Source: Thermoplasmata archaeon
Lineage (GTDB): Archaea; Thermoplasmatota; E2; JACPAO01; JAHFTW01
Reading direction: 5' to 3'
Assembly (NCBI GenBank): GCA_034667725.1
Contig: JAXDQS010000001.1
Coordinates: 303,846-367,845, forward strand
Length of the DNA stretch: 64,000 bases
Shown in pieces: positions 9,918 to 18,305 of this stretch. The notes beneath the pieces were generated by a model, which saw nothing but the letters and a program-made list of their open reading frames with translations, was not told the origin of the DNA and did no database searches. The position numbers and the translations under genes were made by a program. Position 1 is the first letter of the stretch; each line of letters opens with the position of its first letter.

Positions 9918-10174
9918 CGCCGACCGCCGACGAACTGACCGTCGTCGTGGACCGCATCGTGCTGGAGGACCCCAACGTCAGCCCCGAGCGCGCCCGCCGC
10001 ATCCACGACGGCGTCGAGCGCCGCGTCCAGGCCCTCCTGCAAGAACGCGCGTCGCCGCAGGGCCCCAGCCTCGCGCCGCCGCCCGGCGCGGACGACGAGG
10101 AGCTGGTGGACGCCGTCGCGCGCGCCGTCGTGGCCGCCGTCCGCCGGCAAGGAGGCCCCGATGGCGACGCGTGA
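9914..10174 (+). CDS. Small eCIS-associated hypothetical protein (86 aa)
   Basis: ATGA overlap with the ATPase; 'VVVDRIVLE' start; lies between ATPase and DUF4157 genes. Confidence 0.7.
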   Translation: MTPTADELTVVVDRIVLEDPNVSPERARRIHDGVERRVQALLQERASPQGPSLAPPPGADDEELVDAVARAVVAAVRRQGGPDGDA

Positions 10175-13100
10175 GGCCCGCCGCCAAGCGGCCCGGCCCG
10201 GCAAGCCGGCCGCAGGCCGACGGCGGGCCCCCGAGGCGCCCGCCGCCGGCGGCAACCAGGCGCGGCAGCGCGCGCTGCGCGCGCAGGCCAAGCTGGACGT
10301 CCGGCCGGCCGGCGACGCCTACGAGCAGGAGGCCGACCGCATCGCCGACGACATCGTGTCCGCGAAGGAGCCGGGCGCGGACGGGCCGGCGAAGGCCAAC
10401 GCGCCGGCCACCACGGAGGCGCCGGCGCCGGAGGACGCCGAGCCGGTCCAAGGCAAGCCGGAGGTGACGCCGGTCCAGGAGGACGACGCCAAGCCGCCCG
10501 AGGCCGGCGCCGAGGAGGAGGAGCCCGCCCAGCGCACGGTCGAGGCTGGCGCCGAGAAGGAAAAGGAGGAACCGGTCCAGAAGAAGACCGAGGCTGGCGC
10601 CGAGAAGGACAAGAAGGAGCCCGAGCCCGTCCAGAAGAAAACCGAGGCCGGCGCCGAGAAGGACAAGGAGGAACCCGTCCAGAAGAAGACGGAAGCCGGC
10701 GCGGAGAAGGAGGAGCCGAAGCCGGTCCAGAAGAAGGCCGAGAACGTCCCGCTGGCCGCCCCGCCCGAGGAGGGCACCAAGCCGGAGCCGCACGCCCACC
10801 TCGAGCAGCGGCTCGGCGAGCGCGAGGCCGGCGGCATGCCGCTCGACCCCGCCACCCGCGGCTTCTTCGAGCGCTGCCTCGGCCGCGGCCTCGACACCGT
10901 CCGCGTCCACACCGACGCCGAGGCCGCCCGCCTCGCCAAGGACATCGGCGCCCAGGCGTTCACCCGCGGCGCCCACGTCTACTTCGGCTCCGGCCGCTAC
11001 GACCCCGGCTCCCCCGGCGGGCGCCGGCTGCTCGCCCACGAGCTGGTGCACGTCGTCCAGCAAGGCGCCGCCGGCACGATGCCGAAGCAGGGCGCCGACG
11101 CGGGGCCGGCGACCGCGCGGCCGCCGCCGGTGGCGACGGGGGTCGCGGGCGTCCAGCGCAAGGCCTCCAACCTGCAGCCGGACCCCGTGCCGGCAGGCAC
11201 GTTCGACGCCGAGACCGGCGAGCCGACCAAGACCGGCACCCAGTGGACCATCCGGTTCGCCAAGCTGGAGCTGCCGGACGACAAGTGGGAGCGCCACCAG
11301 GCCGTCTATGCCAAGGAGCTGACCCGCGCGCCGGGCGACGTGTCGCGGTCGGGCGCCCAGCGCGGCATCTGGCTGGAGACCATGAAGGACGAGGCCAAGA
11401 AGGGCGCCAGCAAGCTGACCGCCAAGGTGGGCGCGGGAGGCCTCGACAACACGGGCAAGGGCCTGTTCCGCCTGCCCAAGAGCAAGCCTGAAGGCATCAG
11501 CAAGGGCGCCAAGGAGCTGCATGGGGCCAAGGGACCAAAGGAGATCGAGGAGCGGTTTTTCCACGGCACGCCGGAGGAGGTCGCCGCCGCCAGCATCATC
11601 CCGTACTGGGACCGCGGCAAGAGCCCGCGCGCCTTCGACGTGGACCACATCACGGAGGTCCAGGCCGGCGGCAGCGACACCGACATCAACAACATGGAGC
11701 TGCTGGACGCCAGCACCAACAGCTCGCACGGCTCGATCCTGAAGGGCATCATCGAGGGCAAGCGCGCCGCGTTCGCGAAGAAGGCCCAGCCGCTCGCCAA
11801 GGGCAACAAGGCGTTCAAGGAGCTCCAAAGCGCCGACCTGGTGAAGCAGAACGCCACGCTGGTGTTCACGACGGGCGCAGGCGGCGGCGGGGGCGCCAAA
11901 AGCTCCCCGGACTTGGCCTGGTCGCGCGCCGACATCGCGGGCGGCGCGCACTTGGAGAGGCTGGAGGCGGTCGACCCGAGCGAGGCCGGCAAGGCGGGCA
12001 ACTTCACGCTGCTGGCGGGCATGGGCGGGTTCGCGAAGCAGCTCCCCAAGGACAGCGCGAACAAGGTGGACGCCAAGGCGCTGGAGCCGATCATGAACCC
12101 GTACAAGGTCGTCAGCTCCAAGCTGGAGGTCACCGACGCCGACCACCCGGTCCCAGGCGCCACGCTGGGCTCGGTCAAGACCAGGTTCCAGATGAAAGGG
12201 GCCAAGGGCCAGCCCGGCGGCACCCAGGAGGACACCTTCGACATCGTGCGGGTCGGCAGCGCGGCCTTCGTGGGCTCGATCGACGCCGCGAAGCTCACCG
12301 CCAGCCTGCGCCAGCAAATCCGCAGCCCCAAGCTCAGTCCCGTCGAGGTGGACTCGGCCCAGCTCACGGAGAAGGGTGTGGTGGCGCCGGGCCGCATCAA
12401 GCCCAGCCTGTCCAAGTTCCTCAAGGAGCCCATCGAGTTCACGCTCCAGGACGGCGGCCTGGACTTCGAGCACACCTGGTCGGCCGGCGGCCTCGAGGTC
12501 CCCAAGCCGTTCGAGCTGCACGGCGGCTCCGTCACCGTGGGCGGTGGCAGCGACGGCACGTTCCGCGCCAGCGGCCAGGTGGACTTCGGCATCCAGAAGG
12601 TCGGCGACGGCAGCCTCGGCATCGAGGTCGCCACCGGCGACGCGCCCATCTCGGTCAAGGGCGAGTTCGTCTTCGACCCCTCCCTAGCCGAGAACGCCAA
12701 GGTCGAGATCACCTACACCAAGGACGGCGAGGGCGGCAAGTGGGCCGGCAAGGGCTCGATCGAGCTGGGCAAGCGCAAGGGCATCAAGAAGGGCAGCCTG
12801 GAGGTCGAGTTCAAGGAGGGCGTGCTGAAGGCGGAGGGCAGCGCCGAGCTCGACGTGCCGGGCTTCGAGTCGGGCTCGCTCAAGCTGGAGGTCGGCCCCG
12901 ACGGCATCCTCATCGGAGGCGGCTTCAAGCTCTCCAAGGACATCAAAGGCCTCAAGGGCGGCGAGCTCAAGGCCGAACTCAGCAACAAAGGCGGCGACGG
13001 CTTCAAGGTCAAGGCGAGCGGCGCGTTCCAGTCCGGCATCCCCGGCTTCGACACGACGCTGGAGGCCGACTACGACGACGGCGCCCTGACGATCAAGGGC

Positions 13101-14018
13101 ATCAGCAACTTCAGCAAGGGGATGCTGAGCGGCAAGGTCGAGGCCGGCGTCACCAACTCCAAGGTCGGCGAGGACGGCTTGGCCACGGGCGGCGGCACCG
13201 GGTCGCTGCGGCCGTTCGGCGGCGGCGAGGCGACCGTCAAGCTGACCCCCTGGCTGCAAGGGACCGCGGCCATCCGGCTCAACAAGAAGGGCGAGGTGGA
13301 GCTCAAGGGCGAGGTGGCCCTGCCGGCGTCGCTCCAGGTGTTCCCGCGCAAGGAGCTGGAGAAGGAGCTGCTGTCGGTCGCCATCGACGCGCCCATCGTC
13401 GGCGTCGCGGTGGCGGGCCAGCGCGTCGGCATCTTCCTCACCATCGGCGGCGCCCTCAGCGCCAAGGCCGGCATCGGCCCCGGCACCTTGGAGGACACCA
13501 AGATCACGGTCGAGTACACGCCGAGCAACGAGGCCGCGACCCATGTCTCGGGCAGCGCCAAGCTAGTGGTGCCGGCCGACGCGGGGCTGCGGCTGGCGGT
13601 GCACGCGGGCATCGGCGCCGGCATCCCGCTGGTGAGCGCCACCGCCGGCCTGGAGATCGGCGGCGAGCTTGGCATCAAGGGCAAGGCGACGGCGGGCGTC
13701 AACGTCGACTGGCGCCCCGGCAAAGGCCTCAAGATGCACGCCGAGGCCGACTTCGAGGCGCAGCCAAGCTTCACCTTCGACGTGAGCGGCTACGCCAAGG
13801 TCGAGGCGGGCATCGGGCCGTTCAAGGCGGACCTCTACAGCCAGAAGTGGTCGCTGGCGTCGTTCCAGTACGGCTCCGGCATGGCCTTCGGCGTCAACTT
13901 CCCCGTCGACTACGAGCAGGACAAGGCCTTCGACGTCTCGCTCGACGACGTCCACTTCCGCAAGCCGAACATCCAGGTCGGCCCCATGATCAAGAACCTG
14001 GTCAAGGAGATCGTATGA
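10161..14018 (+). CDS. DUF4157 (eCIS core) protein with HNH-like nuclease motif and long Gly-rich beta-strand C-terminus; candidate effector
   Basis: 'QAKLDVRPAGDAYEQEADRIAD', VQKK repeats, DUF4157 'VRVHTD...AQAFTRGAHVYF...LLAHELVHVVQQ', then 'DVDHITEVQAGG...NNMELLDASTNSSHG'. Confidence 0.88.
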   Translation: MATREARRQAARPGKPAAGRRRAPEAPAAGGNQARQRALRAQAKLDVRPAGDAYEQEADRIADDIVSAKEPGADGPAKANAPATTEAPAPEDAEPVQGKPEVTPVQEDDAKPPEAGAEEEEPAQRTVEAGAEKEKEEPVQKKTEAGAEKDKKEPEPVQKKTEAGAEKDKEEPVQKKTEAGAEKEEPKPVQKKAENVPLAAPPEEGTKPEPHAHLEQRLGEREAGGMPLDPATRGFFERCLGRGLDTVRVHTDAEAARLAKDIGAQAFTRGAHVYFGSGRYDPGSPGGRRLLAHELVHVVQQGAAGTMPKQGADAGPATARPPPVATGVAGVQRKASNLQPDPVPAGTFDAETGEPTKTGTQWTIRFAKLELPDDKWERHQAVYAKELTRAPGDVSRSGAQRGIWLETMKDEAKKGASKLTAKVGAGGLDNTGKGLFRLPKSKPEGISKGAKELHGAKGPKEIEERFFHGTPEEVAAASIIPYWDRGKSPRAFDVDHITEVQAGGSDTDINNMELLDASTNSSHGSILKGIIEGKRAAFAKKAQPLAKGNKAFKELQSADLVKQNATLVFTTGAGGGGGAKSSPDLAWSRADIAGGAHLERLEAVDPSEAGKAGNFTLLAGMGGFAKQLPKDSANKVDAKALEPIMNPYKVVSSKLEVTDADHPVPGATLGSVKTRFQMKGAKGQPGGTQEDTFDIVRVGSAAFVGSIDAAKLTASLRQQIRSPKLSPVEVDSAQLTEKGVVAPGRIKPSLSKFLKEPIEFTLQDGGLDFEHTWSAGGLEVPKPFELHGGSVTVGGGSDGTFRASGQVDFGIQKVGDGSLGIEVATGDAPISVKGEFVFDPSLAENAKVEITYTKDGEGGKWAGKGSIELGKRKGIKKGSLEVEFKEGVLKAEGSAELDVPGFESGSLKLEVGPDGILIGGGFKLSKDIKGLKGGELKAELSNKGGDGFKVKASGAFQSGIPGFDTTLEADYDDGALTIKGISNFSKGMLSGKVEAGVTNSKVGEDGLATGGGTGSLRPFGGGEATVKLTPWLQGTAAIRLNKKGEVELKGEVALPASLQVFPRKELEKELLSVAIDAPIVGVAVAGQRVGIFLTIGGALSAKAGIGPGTLEDTKITVEYTPSNEAATHVSGSAKLVVPADAGLRLAVHAGIGAGIPLVSATAGLEIGGELGIKGKATAGVNVDWRPGKGLKMHAEADFEAQPSFTFDVSGYAKVEAGIGPFKADLYSQKWSLASFQYGSGMAFGVNFPVDYEQDKAFDVSLDDVHFRKPNIQVGPMIKNLVKEIV
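10541..10740 (+). repeat. Imperfect tandem coding repeats (EAGAEK.K..EPVQKK) in the DUF4157 N-terminus
   Basis: About 4 copies of gaggc(t/c)ggcgccgagaagg...ccggtccagaagaag with a unit of roughly 45-55 bp. Confidence 0.8.
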
Positions 14019-14971
14019 CGCCCAACCCCGACGCCGCCGCGGACGCCGCCGCCCGCCTGCACCTGCAAGGCGACCACGCCGCCGCCCGCGCCGCCTACCT
14101 CGCGGTGCTGCAGGAGCGGCCGGCGCACGCGACCGTGCTCAACAACCTCGGCTTCCTCGAGCTGCAGGCCGGCGACCACGCCGCCGCCGCGCAGCGGTTC
14201 GAGCAGGCGCTCGCCCACGACCCGGCGCGCGCCATGCCGCACGCCAACCTCGGGCTGCTGCACGCCCAGCGCGGCGACTGGGACCAGGCCCGCGCCCACC
14301 TGGAGCAGGCGCTGGAGCGCGGCCCCGACGACGCCGGCACCTGGAGCAGCCTCGCCCAGGTCCACGCGGCGCGCGGCGACCCGCGCTCGGCCGCGGCGTG
14401 CTGGCGCCAGGCCGCGGCACTCCAGCCGACGCCGCGCCGGCTGGTGCAGCTAGGCGCCGCGCGCATGGCGCTCGGCGAGCTCGACGCCGCCCTCGCGGCC
14501 CTCCACGAGGCGCTGGAGCTCGACCCCGCCGACCCCGACGCGTGGACCCACCTCGGGGTCGCGCTGCTGGTGCGGCAAGACCTCGGCTCGGCGCTCGACG
14601 CCTTGCAGCGCGCCATCGCCATCACGCCGCTCGCGCACGACGCCCGCCACCACTTGGCGCTGGTGCGGCTGGCCCGGGGCGAGCCGGACGAGGCCCGCGT
14701 CGCCTGGACGCGGCTCTTGGAGGCGGTGCCGGAGCACGCCTGCCGGGTGGACCTCGCGGTGCTGGAGCTCTCCGAGGGCCGGCTGGAGGCCGCACGTGCC
14801 CTGTTGGAGCCGGCGCCGCCCGGCGCGCGCCGCGACCACTACCTGGCCGTCGCGCGCCACCGCCTCGGCGACCCCGCCGGCCTCGCGGAACTCCAGGCCC
14901 AGGCGGCGGCCGAGGGCGCCTACGCACGCCAGTCGGGAGCGTACCTCGCTTCGCTGGAGCGTGCCCCATGA
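14015..14971 (+). CDS. Tetratricopeptide repeat protein
   Basis: Multiple TPR units ('VLNNLGFL..AGDHAAAAQRFEQAL..DP', 'ANLGLL', 'EALELDPADPDAWTHLG'); ATGA-coupled on both sides. Confidence 0.9.
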   Translation: MTPNPDAAADAAARLHLQGDHAAARAAYLAVLQERPAHATVLNNLGFLELQAGDHAAAAQRFEQALAHDPARAMPHANLGLLHAQRGDWDQARAHLEQALERGPDDAGTWSSLAQVHAARGDPRSAAACWRQAAALQPTPRRLVQLGAARMALGELDAALAALHEALELDPADPDAWTHLGVALLVRQDLGSALDALQRAIAITPLAHDARHHLALVRLARGEPDEARVAWTRLLEAVPEHACRVDLAVLELSEGRLEAARALLEPAPPGARRDHYLAVARHRLGDPAGLAELQAQAAAEGAYARQSGAYLASLERAP

Positions 14972-15651
14972 GCAGCGCGTTCCCGGACGCCCCGCAGATC
15001 ATGAAGGGCGCGCTGGTGGTCTATCCCACGGGCAAGTCGAGCGACAACCCGCGTGTCGTGACGTTCCAGTACAACCCCGACCAGGTGCGGCGCACCATCG
15101 CCGACCGGGCGCCCGCCGGCAAGCAGGGCGACGCGGGCGCCGCCAAGGCCGACGCCATGCGGGTGACGGGGCCGCCGAAGGAGACGCTGACGTTGACCAT
15201 CACGCTGGACGCGACCGACCAGCGCGCGGAGCCGGACAAGAACCCGAACGTGGTCGAGAAGGGCCTGCTGCCGGCGCTATTCCTGCTGGAGACGCTGCTC
15301 TACCCGACGCCCGAGTCGGCGCGCGCCAACCAGAAGGCGGCCAAGCAAGGCGAGGCGCTCAACAAGCCGTTGGAGAAGCCCTCCGTCCTGGCCGTCTGGG
15401 GCAAGCACCGCTCCGCGCCCGTCAAGGTCACGAGCTTCAGCATCACGGAGGAGTCGTTCGACAGCAAGCTGAACCCCGTCCGCGCCAAGATCGAGCTGGC
15501 CATGGAGGTCCTGGCCGACGTCGACGTGGACCCGAGCCGCGTCGAGGCCGAGGCCTACCTCGCCTACCAGAAGCAGAAGCACAACCTCGCGGCCATGCAC
15601 GAGAACCGCGACGGCGAGGCGCCCGCCGAAGGCCCCAGGCCGGTGCACTGA
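14968..15651 (+). CDS. CIS tube-initiator-like protein (Afp7/Pvc7 N-terminal-like)
   Basis: 'VTFQYNPDQVRRT', 'AVWG', 'VKVTSFSITEESFDSKLNPVRAKIEL'. Confidence 0.75.
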   Translation: MSSAFPDAPQIMKGALVVYPTGKSSDNPRVVTFQYNPDQVRRTIADRAPAGKQGDAGAAKADAMRVTGPPKETLTLTITLDATDQRAEPDKNPNVVEKGLLPALFLLETLLYPTPESARANQKAAKQGEALNKPLEKPSVLAVWGKHRSAPVKVTSFSITEESFDSKLNPVRAKIELAMEVLADVDVDPSRVEAEAYLAYQKQKHNLAAMHENRDGEAPAEGPRPVH

Positions 15652-15932
15652 TGCCCGTCTATCCCGGGAGCCGCTACGCCCACGCCGCCCGCCGCCTGCA
15701 CGACGGCCCCGCCGGCGCGACGCCGTACCTCGACCTGCGCATCATCCGCACGCCGCCGCCCCGCGACCACCACATCGTCCAGGACGGCGAGCGCACCGAC
15801 CTCGTGGCCAGCCGCCACTTCGCCGACCCCGAGCGCTACTGGCGCATCTGCGACGCCCAACTGGTGTTCTGGCCGGAGGACCTCGTGGCCCGACCCGGCC
15901 GCGCCATCCGAATCCCAGGACCGGAGGGATGA
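15651..15932 (+). CDS. LysM/tail-X-like baseplate protein
   Basis: 'SRY', 'HIVQDGERTDLVASRHFADPERYWRICDA', 'PGRAIRIP'; TGATG overlap. Confidence 0.8.
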   Translation: MPVYPGSRYAHAARRLHDGPAGATPYLDLRIIRTPPPRDHHIVQDGERTDLVASRHFADPERYWRICDAQLVFWPEDLVARPGRAIRIPGPEG

Positions 15933-15935
15933 CCC

Positions 15936-17042
15936 TTGGAGCAGTCCTACCGCCTCGAGGTCAACGGCCGCCCCGCGCCGCCCGAGCTCTTGGAGGCCGT
16001 GCAGCGCCTTGACGTCGAGGACCACACCGAGCTCGCCGGCCTGATGCGGCTGCGCCTCGGCGTCGCCGTCGGCCCCGGCGGCGACCGCTGGCCGTTCCTG
16101 GACGACGGCCTGTTCGCCCGCCTCACCCCGATCCGCCTCCAGGTCCGCCTCGGCAGCCGGATGGAGACCCTGCTCGACGGCCACGTCGTCGAGACCCATG
16201 CCATCCTCGACCCCAAGCCCGACGCCTCCGCGCTCGAGGTGGTCGCGATGGACGCCACCGCCCTCATGAACCTCGAGGACAAGGTGCGCGCCTGGCCCGA
16301 CCGCAGCGACGCCGACGTCGCGCGCGAGGTGTTCGAGGAGCATGGGCTTGCCACCGACGTGGACCCGACCGAGCCGACCCACCAGGAGGCGACGGGCACC
16401 CTGATGCAGCGCGGCACCGACATCCGGTTCCTGCGCCGGCTCGCCCAACGCAACGGCTTCGACTGCTACGTCGAGGCCGACCCCGAGACCGGCAAGCCCA
16501 CCGGCCACTTCCACCCGCCGCGCCTCGACGGCCCGCCGCAAGGCGTCCTCACCGTCGGCATGGGCGGCGCCGGCAACGTCGACCAGTTCGCCGTGCGCCA
16601 CCACATGATGCACGCCGCCCACGCCGCCGCCCACGCCGTCGACGCCGCCACGCTGGAGGCCCAGAGCGGCACCGCCGAGTCGATGGCCGCCAAGCCGCTC
16701 GGCAAGGAGGGCCTGGGCGCCGGCCCGCGGCCGCGCACGGTCCTCGTCGCGGGCGGCGGCAGCGCGGCCGAGCTCGGCACCATGAGCCAGGCCGTCCGCG
16801 ACCGCACCGCCTGGGAGGTCGCCGCCGAAGGCCGCCTCAACACGGCCGCCTACGGCAAGGTGCTGCGCGCCAAGCGCACCGTGCTCGTGCGCGGCGTCGG
16901 CCGCACCCTGGCCGGCACCTACCGGGTCGAGCGCGTGCTGCACAGCTTCGGCGCGGACGGCCACGTCCAGCACTTCACGCTGCGCCGCAACGCCCTCGGC
17001 CTCGCCGGCGAGGACTTCAGCGGCGGGGAGGCCCCGCTGTGA
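15936..17042 (+). CDS. Baseplate hub (late control D / gp27-like, VgrG N-terminal half)
   Basis: 'MDATALM', 'QRGTDIRFLRRLAQRNGF', 'VLVRGVG..LAGTYRVERVLH'; TTG start. Confidence 0.85.
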   Translation: MEQSYRLEVNGRPAPPELLEAVQRLDVEDHTELAGLMRLRLGVAVGPGGDRWPFLDDGLFARLTPIRLQVRLGSRMETLLDGHVVETHAILDPKPDASALEVVAMDATALMNLEDKVRAWPDRSDADVAREVFEEHGLATDVDPTEPTHQEATGTLMQRGTDIRFLRRLAQRNGFDCYVEADPETGKPTGHFHPPRLDGPPQGVLTVGMGGAGNVDQFAVRHHMMHAAHAAAHAVDAATLEAQSGTAESMAAKPLGKEGLGAGPRPRTVLVAGGGSAAELGTMSQAVRDRTAWEVAAEGRLNTAAYGKVLRAKRTVLVRGVGRTLAGTYRVERVLHSFGADGHVQHFTLRRNALGLAGEDFSGGEAPL

Positions 17043-17605
17043 AGGAGACGGTGCGGGCGCTGAGTGCCGCCGTGGGCCGGCCCGACGACCGCCACCTTGG
17101 CAAGTTCCGCGGCCTCGTGACCGACGTGGACGACCCGAACCAGGCCGGCCGGCTGCGCGCGCTGGTGCCCGAGGTGCTGGCCGACGTGCCGACCGGGTGG
17201 GCGCTGCCGTGCGCCCCCTACGCCGGCAAGGCCACCGGGCTGTGGGCCATCCCGCCCGTGGGCACCGGCGTCTGGATCGAGTTCGAGGCCGGCGACCCCA
17301 GCCGGCCCGTCTGGACCGGATGCTGGTGGGGCGACGGCGAGGCCCCCGCCGAGTCCGTCAAGCAGCTCGTGATCCAGACGCCGGGCGGCCACGTCGTGCG
17401 CATCGACGACGACGCCGGCACCGTCGAGATCGGCGAGGCCGGCGGCGGCAAGATCGCGATGGCAAGCGACAGCATCACCCTGGAGAGCAACGGCGCCAAG
17501 GTGGTGCTCGACAGCAAGGGCGTCGAACTGAGCGCCGGCGGCAAGAAAATCCTCGTCGGCAGCGCCTCGGTCAGCATCAACGACGGCGCCATGGAGGTCA
17601 CCTGA
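17039..17605 (+). CDS. Baseplate assembly protein V / gp5 OB-fold spike
   Basis: 'GKFRGLVTDVDDP..GRLRALVP', 'IPPVGTGVWIEFEAGDPSRPVWTG', beta-roll C-terminus. Confidence 0.93.
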   Translation: MKETVRALSAAVGRPDDRHLGKFRGLVTDVDDPNQAGRLRALVPEVLADVPTGWALPCAPYAGKATGLWAIPPVGTGVWIEFEAGDPSRPVWTGCWWGDGEAPAESVKQLVIQTPGGHVVRIDDDAGTVEIGEAGGGKIAMASDSITLESNGAKVVLDSKGVELSAGGKKILVGSASVSINDGAMEVT

Positions 17606-17946
17606 TGGCGACCCCGATCCTCCAGGCCGGCGCCACCGTGACCTGCCCGCACGGCGCCACCGTGTCCATCACGCCCACCAACACCAGCGTCCTCGCCAAC
17701 GGCGCGCTGCTCCTGGTCTCGGACACGAGCACCGTCGCGGGCTGCCCGTTCCAGATCCCCGTCGGCGCCGGCACCAAGCCGTCCCCTTGCGTCACCGTGC
17801 AGTGGACCTCGGAGGCGCAGAAGACCAAGGTCAACGGCACCGGCGTCCTCTTGCAGACCAGCGTCGGCCTGTGCAAGAGCCCCGAGGGCGCCCCGCAAGG
17901 CAGCGCCATCATCGCCACCACCCAGATGCGCGCCGGAGGGTCCTGA
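17605..17946 (+). CDS. PAAR-like spike tip protein (DUF4280-like)
   Basis: 'GATVTCPHG', 'VAGCPF', 'PSPCVTVQW', 'SVGLC'; directly follows gpV. Confidence 0.78.
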   Translation: MATPILQAGATVTCPHGATVSITPTNTSVLANGALLLVSDTSTVAGCPFQIPVGAGTKPSPCVTVQWTSEAQKTKVNGTGVLLQTSVGLCKSPEGAPQGSAIIATTQMRAGGS

Positions 17947-18305
17947 TGCACGTCGACCACCCGCTCCGGGTCGACCCTGCCGGCCGCACCGCCCGCACGC
18001 CGCTGGCCGACCACGTGCGCGACCTCGTCCACCAGGTGCTGTTCACCAACCCGGGCGAGCGCGTCAACCGCCCCGACTTCGGCTGCGGCCTGGCCCGCCT
18101 GCTGTGGATGCCCAACAGCGACGTGCTCGCGGCGGCCAGCCAGTTCCTAGTCCACGGCGCCCTGCAACGCTGGCTCGGCGACCTCCTGGAGGTCCAGGAC
18201 GTCCGCATCGACAACACCGACAACCGCCTCACCATCGAGGTCAGCTACCTCATCCTGGAGGAGGCGACCCGCCACCGCGAGCGCTTCGTGCAGGAGGGCC
18301 CATGA
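17946..18305 (+). CDS. GPW/gp25 family baseplate protein (Afp9-like)
   Basis: 'QVLFTNPGERVNRPDFGCGL'. Confidence 0.95.
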   Translation: MHVDHPLRVDPAGRTARTPLADHVRDLVHQVLFTNPGERVNRPDFGCGLARLLWMPNSDVLAAASQFLVHGALQRWLGDLLEVQDVRIDNTDNRLTIEVSYLILEEATRHRERFVQEGP

